DNA from: Desulfomicrobium sp.
Lineage (GTDB): Bacteria > Desulfobacterota > Desulfovibrionia > Desulfovibrionales > Desulfomicrobiaceae
Direction of reading: 5' to 3'
Assembly: GCA_040768745.1 (NCBI GenBank)
Contig: JAXGMI010000001.1
Span: 672,001 to 736,000 of the forward strand
Length of the DNA stretch: 64,000 bases
Position numbers and translations under genes: made by a program. Every line of letters starts with the position of its first letter. Positions within the stretch are counted from its first letter, which is position 1. Shown one piece after another: positions 10,374 to 20,064 of the stretch. The notes below the pieces were generated by a model, which was not told where the DNA came from, ran no database searches, and worked only from the letters and a program-made list of their open reading frames with translations.

Positions 10374-10759
10374 TTCCTCGACCTCCGCAACCCCAAAGGG
10401 TCTTTTGCCTCCATCATTCGGATCTTCTCGCGGAGCAGTTCTATCTCCATGGTCTGCTCGCCGATTTTCTCATTGAGGCGCTTGTATTCGGCCTCCTCCG
10501 CCGGAGAGCGTTTTTTGAGACTATCCGCGCCACCGGCCAGAAAGGCATCTCTCCATTGTGAGAGCGTGGCAGCCGTCACGCCGAGTTCCCGACTGAGCGT
10601 TTCGATGTCTTCACCACGCAGAAGCCGGAGGACGGCCTCGGTCTTGTGCTGTGCCCAGAATCGCTTGGGAGTTGCCTTCGTCTCCCCGGTTCCAGTCGGC
10701 CTACGGCCTCCCTCCACCGGGGAGACGGCTGAAATATCCTTGTCGCTTTGTTTGCTCAT
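10370..10759 (-). CDS. IS3 OrfA
   Basis: HTH (AVLRLLRGEDIETLSRELGVTAATLSQWR) and leucine zipper; identical in four copies. Confidence 0.92.
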   Translation of the reverse strand: MSKQSDKDISAVSPVEGGRRPTGTGETKATPKRFWAQHKTEAVLRLLRGEDIETLSRELGVTAATLSQWRDAFLAGGADSLKKRSPAEEAEYKRLNEKIGEQTMEIELLREKIRMMEAKDPLGLRRSRK

Positions 10760-11148
10760 GAATCACCTCATGGGGAGTCTCTCTACTCCCAATTTGGTGT
10801 CCAAGAAAACCCTATCCCAGAGGAAACCCGGGGCATGCGGCAGCCGTGGGGTCTGGCATGGCTTGGCGATGAGGGTCCAGCCGTTGTTACAGATGTGTGT
10901 ATCATTTTTTGGATCACAACCTCAACAAAACACTTCACCGTCCCGGCATTTCAACAGTTCTCCCCCGTCAGGTCGTCTGGTCCACCGTCGCATTCTCACG
11001 GGATGCGCGGACGGGCATGATGGACAGGCAACCAAGGGGAGGATCATGGCCCCATGCGTTGTGGCCATTGCCAAAATCCACTATCTGCAATCGGGAATTG
11101 AAGTGCAGTTTTGTGGTGGCCCCTTGGGGAATGTCGGAGTGCAGGGTG

Positions 11149-11433
11149 ATGACTGAGGCCAAAATCTGCGAGGCTGCCGGTCTTGGTGCCGGCGAGAGCG
11201 GGAACGAGCCATCGTTGAGCGTAAAGGAATGCCGGGATTGGTCTGTTTGGCGTCAGGATGACAACGCCAATACGTTCTTGGTGCAGGCAAACCTGACAGA
11301 ATCAGAAGCGCAAGACATGGTGCGACATTTCGAGGAAAGCGGACATAAACAGTTCTACTGGGTCAATAATGACGCGAGACAAACTTTTGAATTCCACCAG
11401 AAGAACAAATCTCTCGAGAAAGAAGATTATTGA
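11149..11433 (+). CDS. Small conserved-looking hypothetical protein (94 aa)
   Basis: ATG 11149 after GGAG; WSVWRQDDNANTFLV..LTESEA..FEESGHKQFYWV resembles a small family I recall being labelled SPOR-like (unverified). Confidence 0.6.
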   Translation: MTEAKICEAAGLGAGESGNEPSLSVKECRDWSVWRQDDNANTFLVQANLTESEAQDMVRHFEESGHKQFYWVNNDARQTFEFHQKNKSLEKEDY

Positions 11434-11514
11434 TTCCTCTGCTGAACAAAATCAATGATGATGTGACATGCATTTTTTGAATTTTGCAACATATCAATTG
11501 GTATCGGGATTGAG

Positions 11515-12984
11515 ATGCAGGCCAAGGATATGACGCATACTCCAATCGGCAACTCCTACTGGATCATTCCCGGCAGATTCCTGGCCGGAGAATACCCCCG
11601 CAACTTCGACCACGAATCCTCTGTCCCCAAGCTGCAGGCCCTGTTGGACAGGGGTATCCGCGTCTTCATCGACCTGACCACGCCAGAGGACGGCCTGGCG
11701 CCGTACCGGGACATGCTGCGCAAGCTCGACCCCCAGGCCAGTCATCTGGTGCTTCCGACCCGGGACGTGAGTGTTCCGGACCGGCGCGAGACCACCATCG
11801 CCGTCCTCGACGCCATCGATGCCGCGCTGGCCCTCGGCAAGGGCGTGTATCTCCACTGCTGGGGCGGCGTGGGCAGAACCGGAACCCTGGTCGGTTGCTG
11901 GCTGGCCCGACACGGGCTTACCGGGGATACGGCCCTGGCGAAGCTGGGGGAATTGTGGGGGCAATGCTCGAAATCGCGGGAGCGGCAGGCACCGGAGACG
12001 CGGGCCCAGCGGGACTACATCCTCGCCTGGCAGGAAAACCCGCCGGATGATGGAGCGGGAATGCTGTCCCGGGCCCAGGGGTGCTTCATGGGCCAACTCG
12101 CCGGGGATTCTCTGGGCAGCCTAGTGGAGTTCACCCCCGCCGCCGAGATCCGCAGGCTGTACCCGGAAGGCGTGCGTGCCTTGGCCGACGGCGGCACGTG
12201 GAACACCCTGGCCGGTCAGCCCACCGACGACTCCGAGATGGCCCTCATGCTGGCCCGGACCTTGATCAGGGACCGCCGCTTCGAGCCCGAGGCGGTCAGG
12301 AAGGCCTACCGCGACTGGCTCGACTCCAGACCATTCGACTGCGGCGGCACCGTCAGGTCCGGCCTGCTCGGCACACCCAACCCCCACAGCCAGGCCAACG
12401 GCGGCCTCATGCGCATCAGCCCCCTGGGCATCTTCGGCGCCCACAGACACATTTGGGACGTGGCCGAATGGGCCTCCCAGGACGCGGCCCTGACCCATCC
12501 CCACCCCATTTGCCGCCAGGCCAGCTCCCTCTTCGTCATGGCCCTGGCCCGAGCCATCCGCTCAGGCTGCCCACCATCCACCCTCTATGCCGGCATGCTC
12601 CTGTGGGCCGAACACATGAACGCTGAACCGCCCCTACGCGGCGCACTCCTGGACGCTGCCATCACCCCGCCCGCCGACTTCCAGCGCCAGCAGGGCTGGG
12701 TCCTCGTCGCCCTGCGAAACGCCCTCTGGCAGCTCCTCCATGCCCCGAGCCTGGAGCAAGGCGTTGTCGATACGGTCATGCGCGGCGGAGACACCGACAC
12801 CAACGCGGCTATCTGCGGGGCGCTCCTGGGCGCGGTCCACGGATTGGAGGCGATTCCCGCGCAATGGAAGGAAAAAATCCTGCACTGCAGGCCCGAACCT
12901 CGCCCGGGGGTAGTCCGCCCCAGGCCAGAAGTCTTTTGGCCGGGAGACGCCTTGGAACTCGCTCAACAGCTTATGAAGGAGTGA
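11515..12984 (+). CDS. CX5R (dual-specificity/PTP-like) phosphatase fused to ADP-ribosylglycohydrolase
   Basis: N-term FLAGEYP, FIDLT, HCWGGVGRTG, PETRAQ; C-term GQLAGDSLG, GQPTDDSEM, ANGGLMR, LTHP, GGDTDTNAAICGALLGA. Confidence 0.92.
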   Translation: MQAKDMTHTPIGNSYWIIPGRFLAGEYPRNFDHESSVPKLQALLDRGIRVFIDLTTPEDGLAPYRDMLRKLDPQASHLVLPTRDVSVPDRRETTIAVLDAIDAALALGKGVYLHCWGGVGRTGTLVGCWLARHGLTGDTALAKLGELWGQCSKSRERQAPETRAQRDYILAWQENPPDDGAGMLSRAQGCFMGQLAGDSLGSLVEFTPAAEIRRLYPEGVRALADGGTWNTLAGQPTDDSEMALMLARTLIRDRRFEPEAVRKAYRDWLDSRPFDCGGTVRSGLLGTPNPHSQANGGLMRISPLGIFGAHRHIWDVAEWASQDAALTHPHPICRQASSLFVMALARAIRSGCPPSTLYAGMLLWAEHMNAEPPLRGALLDAAITPPADFQRQQGWVLVALRNALWQLLHAPSLEQGVVDTVMRGGDTDTNAAICGALLGAVHGLEAIPAQWKEKILHCRPEPRPGVVRPRPEVFWPGDALELAQQLMKE

Positions 12985-13340
12985 TGGTCTCCAGAACGAG
13001 GCGACAGAAGCGCAATGCATTGACCGACTGGAACAGCAAAACCGTCCCCGTAACCATCAGCATGAGCGGCGAGAGGGCTCTTGCGCACTCCCTTCGACAA
13101 CCTGGACCCGGCGTCGATCTCTTTCAGCCCCCATTGATCTGTCTTTCCCGAAATCGAGGCTTCTTCGTCCCCAGGGAGGCAATCTTAACCAGAAATCTCT
13201 ATTTTTCGATGGCTTGGTTTTACGGGAAGGCTACAGACGAGATGGGCGAAGCTGCCAGAAAAAGTGGCAAAAAATTGTTTGAGTATCAAGCAAATCAGAA
13301 AGGGTTTACCGCTTTTTGTACGATAAACCCTTGATTTTAT

Positions 13341-13416
<76 letters not shown>

Positions 13417-13479
13417 CAAATCGTGGAAATGCTTGATATACGCGGCCTCCTGGAGCGTCAAGGCATTTTTTGAGGTGGT

Positions 13480-13777
13480 CTAGAAGACCGCTTCTGACTA
13501 ACGGTAAGCCAGGGAACGGTTCCGTCGTCGTGCTGCCATCGAGCCAATCTTCGGCCACCTCAAGAATGATCACAGGATGCTGCGCAATTATCTCAAAGGT
13601 CACATCGGCGACTCCATGAACCTGTTCATGGCCTGGGCTGCGTTCACTTTCCGGAAGTTCATCCGGATTCTGTGTTTTTTGTGCCTCAAATTCCTTGGAC
13701 ACCCATTTCGACCCAATGTTCAGCCTGTGCAAGCATGGGCCTGACGTCGCGTATTAAGAGCTTTTCAGGATCGACTA
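13480..13777 (+). mobile_element. IS5-family remnant (transposase C-terminus and right end)
   Basis: Plus frame RFRRRAAIEPIFGHLKNDHRMLRNYLKGHIGDSMN..AAFTFRK preceded by in-frame stops; ends TTTTCAGGATCGACTA. Left boundary approximate. Confidence 0.8.
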
Positions 13778-15333
13778 ATCCCAAGCTTTGCCATCTTTCT
13801 CTGCAGCGATGAACGTGACAGGCCCAGCATATTCGCGGCCCCCTTGGGCCCAGATATGACCCCCCCGGCTCTCTCCAAAGCATGCATGATGTGCCTCCGT
13901 TCAATATCCTCGAGACTTGAATTTGAGCCGACCGTCAATACGGGCGTGACAGCCGGCACTTTGGACTCGGCGAAAGCAATGACATCAGTGCAGAGCGCCT
14001 CCTCGATATCGCTTTCGGTCAAATCCCCGGAGATGCTCTTTTTGATGAGCAGCGCGTTGATGACATTGCGCAGTTCCCGGACATTCCCCGGCCAGCTGTG
14101 CTGTCCAAGCCTATTTAGAATACGCCGGGATAACTGGATTTGCGGAAGGGAGTACTGCTTCGAGAGGTGGGTGACAAAAAAACTTGACAATGCGGGAATG
14201 TCGTCAAGGCGCTCCCGCAACGTTGGAATCTCCAGGGTGCAGGACGAAAGCCTGTAGTAGAAGTCACTGCGCACCTGGCCTTTGGCCACTGCATCACGCA
14301 TCTTCACATTCGTCGCGGCGATAAGCCGGGTGTCAACGGACAGGGACACGCTCTCGCCAACCCGCTCGAAACAGCTATCATCAAGGACATGCAGCAGCTT
14401 GCTCTGCATCTCCTGGTTCATTTCGGCGATTTCATCCAGAAACAGAGTGCCCTGGTGGGCCAGCTCAAAACGCCCGACGCGCTTGGTGGCAGCGCCGGTA
14501 AAAGCACCCTTGGCGTGCCCGAAGAGCTCGCTTTCGAACAGTGTCGAGGCCATGGCCGGACAGTTGACCTTCACAAACTGCATTTTGCGACGCTGGCTGT
14601 GGCAGTGGATGTAGTGCGCCAGCCTCGTCTTGCCCGTACCCGTCTCCCCCAAAATGAGCACAGGTATGTCCAGAACGGCCACCGCATGGACCCTGGCCAT
14701 GAATCGGCGCATGGCCTGACTTTCGAAAAAGAATGTTTCGCATTCCCCCCCATCTCCGCCAAAAGGCAGCTGGGTCAGCGCCGATCCCTCCTCCAAGTGT
14801 TCCATGCCGAGGAGTGTGCCCAGCCCCGCTGCCACATAGGGCGAAAGCTCGAGCAGAAATTCCATAATCTCGTAAAGATTGTCCGGTTTTTGCCGGAAAG
14901 AGCAATGCAGGGTCCCTATGACCTTGTCGTTGAGTATCAGCGGAAACGCCATTGTCGTGGTCAGACCTGCCTCGGCCATGGGATGCAGCATGTACTCGGC
15001 GAAATGCCGGGAAATGTCCGTGATAACGACGGGTTTACGGGAGGCGATTACGTGCCCGGCCACGGTGGCCTTCTCCGCCTTCCTGATAGGTGAGAGTGAA
15101 TTGACGACCGCACCCTCGGCGGCAGTGAAGTAGCTCAACAGTTCACTGTTCGAGTCATACAGGTTGATACACAGCCGGTCATAATCGAACTGCTGACGAA
15201 AAAGGCGAGCGAGGGTCTGAAGAAAGATATTCCGAGACGTCGCCTTCGCCAGCGAAGCGATGAGCTCCCGGGCCAGTCCCTGGGCGTTGGGCAGCTGTGC
15301 TGCATGCGCGCGGTGGGTTTTGACGGAATCCAT
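13765..15333 (-). CDS. GAF-domain sigma54-dependent activator (FhlA-like)
   Basis: ATG 15333 after GGGGAG; GAF, Walker A GETGTGKT, ESELFGHAKGAFTGA, WPGNVRELRN, Fis HTH. Confidence 0.93.
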   Translation of the reverse strand: MDSVKTHRAHAAQLPNAQGLARELIASLAKATSRNIFLQTLARLFRQQFDYDRLCINLYDSNSELLSYFTAAEGAVVNSLSPIRKAEKATVAGHVIASRKPVVITDISRHFAEYMLHPMAEAGLTTTMAFPLILNDKVIGTLHCSFRQKPDNLYEIMEFLLELSPYVAAGLGTLLGMEHLEEGSALTQLPFGGDGGECETFFFESQAMRRFMARVHAVAVLDIPVLILGETGTGKTRLAHYIHCHSQRRKMQFVKVNCPAMASTLFESELFGHAKGAFTGAATKRVGRFELAHQGTLFLDEIAEMNQEMQSKLLHVLDDSCFERVGESVSLSVDTRLIAATNVKMRDAVAKGQVRSDFYYRLSSCTLEIPTLRERLDDIPALSSFFVTHLSKQYSLPQIQLSRRILNRLGQHSWPGNVRELRNVINALLIKKSISGDLTESDIEEALCTDVIAFAESKVPAVTPVLTVGSNSSLEDIERRHIMHALERAGGVISGPKGAANMLGLSRSSLQRKMAKLGISRS

Positions 15334-15382
15334 GATACTCCCCCAAAGGCTAGATATCGGCCAAGGCCTGAAGCACCCGCAA

Positions 15383-15419
15383 TGTGCCCGGATTCGGGCA
15401 CACTGTCCATCATCGGGCA
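15383..15419. promoter_or_regulatory. Tandem upstream activator sites
   Basis: TGTGCCCG-GATT-CGGGCACA (15383-15402) and a degenerate copy TGTCCA-TCAT-CGGGCA (15404-15419), about 100 bp upstream of a -24/-12 box. Confidence 0.6.
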
Positions 15420-15501
15420 CCAGTTTTAAAAGCGCTTTCGTTGAAGCTTAAAAAATCTTGAGTTCTCAGCGTATTAAAATTTTTGCGCACGCAGCATTTT
15501 C

Positions 15502-15517
15502 TGGAATGTTCCTTGCA
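15502..15517 (+). promoter_or_regulatory. Sigma54 -24/-12 promoter for suyAB
   Basis: TGGAATGTTCCTTGCA (GG-N10-GC), oriented toward suyA and divergent from a sigma54 activator. Confidence 0.65.
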
Positions 15518-15765
15518 TGTGTCACGAAAAGCGCATCGGAACGGATGCATGATTCCTGTAAAGAATACTTTATTTACAGATAATAAACGTATTATTTTCG
15601 AAGTTGATTGTTTTTGTCTCTTTTTAGAAAAATTCAATTCAACAAAAAAGATCAAAATCACTTTATACAAAAAGTTAGAGGCAGATCGAGCAAATAATTC
15701 TATTCAATGTTGAGTAGAATTTTTTGAAACTCGATTTACATTATTAACAGTTTTAGGAGGCATAC

Positions 15766-16050
15766 ATGGCTATCGATTTTTTGGTTCACGAAGCTGCGGA
15801 TGGCGTTGGCGTAGTGGTCATTGAAGGCTTGAAAGCCAATCAGGAGATCACCGGATGGGTCATGAAAGAAGACCAGACCGTCAAGATCAAGATTCTCAAT
15901 GACATCCCGATTGGCCACAAGGTGGCCTTGAAGGATTTCGCGGTGGGCGACACCGTCTTCAAATACAATACCGACATCGGCAAGGTCGTGGCCCCCATCA
16001 AGAAAGGCGAACACTTGCACGTCCACAACGTCAAAACAAAGAGGTGGTAA
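15766..16050 (+). CDS. suyA: UxaA-family SAF small subunit, probable sulfolactate sulfo-lyase alpha subunit
   Basis: RBS AGGAGG; DIPIGHKVALKD..VFKYNTDIGKVV..GEHLHVHNVKTKRW; paired with a SuyB-like gene. Confidence 0.8.
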   Translation: MAIDFLVHEAADGVGVVVIEGLKANQEITGWVMKEDQTVKIKILNDIPIGHKVALKDFAVGDTVFKYNTDIGKVVAPIKKGEHLHVHNVKTKRW

Positions 16051-16053
16051 TCC

Positions 16054-17214
16054 ATGCAGACCAAATTTTTCGGATATCGTCGTGAAAATGGCCGTGTCGG
16101 CATCCGCAACCATGTCGTGATCCTGCCCCTGGACGACCTGTCCAACGCCGCCTGCGAGTCCGTGGCCAACAACGTCAAGGGCGTGCTGGCCATCCCCCAC
16201 GCCTACGGCCGCCTGCAGTTCGGCGAGGACCTGGACCTGTATTTCCGCACCCTGATCGGCGCCGGAAGCAACCCCAACGTCGCCGCCGTGGTGGTCATCG
16301 GCATCGAACCCTTGTGGACCAACAAGATCGTCGAAGGCATCGCCGCCACCGGCAAGCCTGTCACAGGCTTCGCCATCGAGAAGAACGGCGACCTGAACAC
16401 CATCTGTGCCGCGTCCCGCAAGGCCAAGGAATACCTGCAGTGGGCCACCGAGCTGCAGCGCGTCGAATGCGACGTGAAGGAACTGTGGGTCTCCTGCAAG
16501 TGCGGCGAGTCCGACACCACTTCCGGCATCGCCACCAACCCCACCGTCGGCAACGCCTACGACAAGCTGTATGAGAAGGGCTCGACTCTGCTCTTCGGTG
16601 AAACCACCGAACTGACCGGCGGCGAGCACCTCGTCAGCGAACGCTGCATCAACGAACAGGTCCGCAAGGACTTCCAGTTCTACTTCGACCGCTACGCCAA
16701 GGTCGTCGACGACCACAAGACCGACGACCTGTCCGACTCCCAGCCCACCAAGGGCAACATCGAGGGCGGCCTGACCACCATTGAGGAGAAGGCCCTGGGC
16801 AACATCCAGAAGATCGGCCGCAAGGCCCCCGTCGTCGGCTGCCTGGAAAAGGCCGTCGCACCGACCGGACCCGGCCTGTGGTTCCAGGACTCCTCCTCCG
16901 CCGCCGCGGAAATGCTCACCCTGTGCTGCGCCTCCGGCTTCGTGGTCCACTTCTTCCCCACGGGCCAGGGCAACATCATCGGCAACCCGATCCTGCCCGT
17001 CATCAAACTGTGCTCCAACCCCCGCACCCTGCGGACCATGGTAGAGCACTTCGACGTCAACGTCTCCGGCCTGCTGCGCCGCGAAATCAACATGGACCAG
17101 GCCGGCGACATGCTCCTGGACATGATGATCCGCACCTGCAACGGCCGCCTGACCTCTTCCGAAGCCCTGGGTCACCGTGAGTTTATCATAACCAGGCTGT
17201 ATGAAAGCGCGTAG
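16054..17214 (+). CDS. suyB: UxaA-family large subunit, probable sulfolactate sulfo-lyase beta subunit
   Basis: [75 protein letters not shown], as I recall for SuyB. Confidence 0.82.
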   Translation: MQTKFFGYRRENGRVGIRNHVVILPLDDLSNAACESVANNVKGVLAIPHAYGRLQFGEDLDLYFRTLIGAGSNPNVAAVVVIGIEPLWTNKIVEGIAATGKPVTGFAIEKNGDLNTICAASRKAKEYLQWATELQRVECDVKELWVSCKCGESDTTSGIATNPTVGNAYDKLYEKGSTLLFGETTELTGGEHLVSERCINEQVRKDFQFYFDRYAKVVDDHKTDDLSDSQPTKGNIEGGLTTIEEKALGNIQKIGRKAPVVGCLEKAVAPTGPGLWFQDSSSAAAEMLTLCCASGFVVHFFPTGQGNIIGNPILPVIKLCSNPRTLRTMVEHFDVNVSGLLRREINMDQAGDMLLDMMIRTCNGRLTSSEALGHREFIITRLYESA

Positions 17215-17270
17215 GGCTTTCCCCCCAGGGCGTCTCTCGCCCTGATGGGAATTTCCCTCTATTTAGCAAA

Positions 17271-17295
17271 GCTGGGGCGGCCGTTCCGCCCCAGC
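17271..17295 (+). terminator. GC-rich hairpin after suyB
   Basis: GCTGGGGCGG-CCGTT-CCGCCCCAGC, 10-bp stem, no U-tract. Confidence 0.45.
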
Positions 17296-17338
17296 CGCAC
17301 CGAAACAGACGGCATTGAGGCTCGCCGCGGAGAAACGC

Positions 17339-17599
17339 ATGCTCCACGTCCCTGACTCGCTTTACCAGCCCATAGAAGTTACCCCCGAGGGTTTCTTCAG
17401 CTCCCTTGCGAAAATTCTCCAGTCAAAAATCGGCTGCGACCGCGTCAGCCTGACCATCTACGAATCCGCAACCGACTCCCTGGCCTGGTTCGCCAAGGCC
17501 GCGGGCATCTGTGTCACATGCATGGACTCAGGCGCCGCACTCGGGCTCATCTGCGGCGAAATCGGTACTAACAATTCAGTTTTCAAGATAGCACAATAA
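17339..17599 (+). pseudogene. Truncated GAF-regulator paralog
   Basis: FFSSLAKILQSKIGCDRVSLTIYESATDSLAWFAKAAG aligns by eye with IFLQTLARLFRQQFDYDRLCINLYDSNSELLSYFTAAEG of 13765..15333; ends at a GC drop. Confidence 0.65.
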
Positions 17600-17686
17600 C
17601 TGCGTATAAATAAGGAGGAGATTCAACTCTGCAATGAAGGATAGCATCGTCATCTTTGTGAAAAAAAAAACGAAAACGGAGGCATT

Positions 17687-18664
17687 ATGCGGTTTAAAGC
17701 GATCTTTTTAAGCACCCTGGTTTTTATTTTCAGCATTGGAACAGTACATGCAGCTGGATTCCCCACTAAACCTATCAATCTTATTGTCCCGTTTGGTGCA
17801 GGAAGCACAACTGACCTCGCAGCACGATCACTAGCCAATGCCGTTAAAGATATGCTCCCTGAACCCATTGTTGTCGTCAACCGTCCTGGAGCATCCGGGA
17901 TTGTAGCGGCAGCATCTGTAGCAAACTCTCAGCCTGATGGCTATACAATGCTCATGTCCAGAGTAAGTTGCAACGGAGCCGTACCAGCACTGAACAAGAA
18001 GACTCCCTACAAGGTTGATGATTTTACATTTGTTGGTATTACTGAATTGAATCCTTTTGTGATTTGTGTACTCGCCGATTCTCCATATAAAACATTGGAC
18101 GACCTGATAAAAGCGATCAAAGAAAATCCTGGCAAGCTGTCCTTCGGCACCTCAGGCGCCCTTTCAATGCTGGACATCGTTGGAATGATGCTTCTTGATG
18201 CCGCAGGCCTTCCTCAGCAAGCCGCAGTCTCAGTACCATATAAGGGCGATGGGGATGCCAAGACCGCTCTTCTTGGGGGGCATATACAATTTATACCCAA
18301 TAACCTTTCACCCATGGCTGATGTCATGAAGGCAGGCACGGTTCGCGCTCTGGCAGTGACAACAAAAGAACGCCTTGAAAACTTTCCAGACGTTCCAACT
18401 GTTGCTGAAGCTGGATATCCCGCTTTGTCCGGTGCAGTGGGATGGTCAGGCTTCTTTGGTCCAAAGGGCATGGATGCAGAAACTGTCAAGGTGTACGCTG
18501 AAATGCTGCAAAAAATGAAAAACGACCCTGAGTGGTTGAAAGCTACCAAACTGCTTGGCGCTATTCCTAACGTATTGACACCTGAGGAGTCGAAAGCCTT
18601 CGTCATGAAACAGTATGCGGACTTTGAAGCGCTCGGCAAGAAATTGAATATTATTGTCCAATAA
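17687..18664 (+). CDS. tctC: Tripartite tricarboxylate transporter substrate-binding protein (TctC/Bug)
   Basis: Signal peptide, FPTKPINLIVPFGAGSTTDLAAR, VVNRPGASG, PDGYT, VPYKG, PDVPT..EAG. Confidence 0.93.
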   Translation: MRFKAIFLSTLVFIFSIGTVHAAGFPTKPINLIVPFGAGSTTDLAARSLANAVKDMLPEPIVVVNRPGASGIVAAASVANSQPDGYTMLMSRVSCNGAVPALNKKTPYKVDDFTFVGITELNPFVICVLADSPYKTLDDLIKAIKENPGKLSFGTSGALSMLDIVGMMLLDAAGLPQQAAVSVPYKGDGDAKTALLGGHIQFIPNNLSPMADVMKAGTVRALAVTTKERLENFPDVPTVAEAGYPALSGAVGWSGFFGPKGMDAETVKVYAEMLQKMKNDPEWLKATKLLGAIPNVLTPEESKAFVMKQYADFEALGKKLNIIVQ

Positions 18665-18673
18665 AAACATATT

Positions 18674-18703
18674 CATGGCGCACGGATTCATCCGTGCGCC
18701 ATG
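18674..18703. repeat. Perfect 13-bp hairpin between tctC and tctB
   Basis: CATGGCGCACGGA-TTCA-TCCGTGCGCCATG. Confidence 0.7.
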
Positions 18704-18752
18704 GGTGCGTTACCTTTGTTTGTGCGACTTTACAAACTAGAAGGAGCGTTTT

Positions 18753-19262
18753 GTGAATAAAACTGTTGATATAACTGTTGGGGCTGTGTTCGCCATCATA
18801 TTTCTCGCAATGCTTTTCATTGTAAACCCTTGGGCAATTGCAGTGCCAACTGCATCAGTCACAGAGGTTGGATCTGTCACGCCGCGTTTTTTTCCAAATT
18901 TAATTTGTATTTTCGCATTTATTTTTAGCATAATTACAATAGTATACAGTTATAAATTTGCTCATTACGATAGTAATGAAAAATTCGATGTTTTAGATTT
19001 TAAAAATAAGGAACATCTCCATACTTTTTTGACACGTTTAGCAGCAATGACGTTATTAGTAATTTTTCCTTTCATTGCTGGCTCCTTAGGCATAATAGTA
19101 GGAGGAGCTATTTTATATATTTTATTTGCACTATTTTGTGGAGAAAAAAATTGGTTAAAAGCTGGTCTTGGTTCTTTAATTTGCATTGCTTTGCTTTACT
19201 ATTTTTTTGTACATATTGCTGATATTCCTATGCCGTTAGGTTTTATAGAAAAGTTTTTGTAA
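18753..19262 (+). CDS. tctB: TTT small membrane subunit
   Basis: TPRFFP motif, four to five TM segments, C-terminal IPMPLG; lies between tctC and tctA. Confidence 0.85.
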   Translation: MNKTVDITVGAVFAIIFLAMLFIVNPWAIAVPTASVTEVGSVTPRFFPNLICIFAFIFSIITIVYSYKFAHYDSNEKFDVLDFKNKEHLHTFLTRLAAMTLLVIFPFIAGSLGIIVGGAILYILFALFCGEKNWLKAGLGSLICIALLYYFFVHIADIPMPLGFIEKFL

Positions 19263-19302
19263 TTTTTAATTATTTATATTGAGGTGCAAAAAGGGGTTTG
19301 AT

Positions 19303-20064
19303 ATGATTGAACAACTTTCTCAAGCTTTTTTTCTAGCATTTACATGGTATAATTTGTTTCTTATGTTTGTAGGAATGCTTGGCGGAGTAATCATAGGTGC
19401 ATTGCCTGGCTTGACTGGAACCATGGCCGTTACCCTGGTATTGCCTTTCACATTTCATATGCAACCGATTCCTGCTTTGTTGCTCCTCGTCGCTATATAC
19501 AAAGGAGCTATGTATGGCGGGTCTATTTCTGCGATTTTAATTAAAACCCCAGGGACAGGAGCCGCTGCGTGCACTGTACTGGACGGCTGGCCGATGGCAC
19601 AACAGGGCAAAGCAGGCAAGGCACTGTTCATGGCGCTTTATGCTTCATGCATCGCAGACTTTATTTCCAATCTTTCCTTAATTTTCTGTGCTGGCCTCAT
19701 CGCCAGTTTTGCATTAAGCTTTGGGCCTCCGGAATTTTTTCAACTTATCTTTTTTTCGCTGACGATTGTAGCCTCACTGTCTGGTGAAAACATGTTCAAA
19801 GGTCTGATTGGTGGTTGTATCGGTCTGCTTTTATCCACTGTTGGCTTGGATATGGTCTATGGGACAGATCGTTATACTTTTGGAAGCGTAGACCTCATGT
19901 CAGGAATCAGTTTTATACCTTTGATTATTGGCTTGTTCGCCATCCCGGAAATCATCAAGGCATGCACCGGAAGGCCACCTCAGAAAGAACACGTAATCAG
20001 TGTTGGCGGCGACAGAGTAACCATGTCCGAGTTCAAACGTTGCTTCAAGACCACCCAAGTTTGA
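19303..20064 (+). pseudogene. tctA: TTT large membrane subunit, truncated by IS1634
   Basis: IGALPGLTGTM, YGGSISAILIKTPGT, FGPPEFF, IIGLFAIPE; only about 250 aa (roughly half of TctA); stop is inside the IS1634 end. Confidence 0.9.

Larger units (their letters stand above)
9446..10824 (-). mobile_element. IS3-family element, copy 1 (1379 bp; orfB frameshifted)
   Basis: Ends TGTATCGG...CCCAGAGGA as in the other copies; TSD AACC (9442-9445 / 10825-10828); two single-base deletions relative to the 1381-bp copies. Confidence 0.96.
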
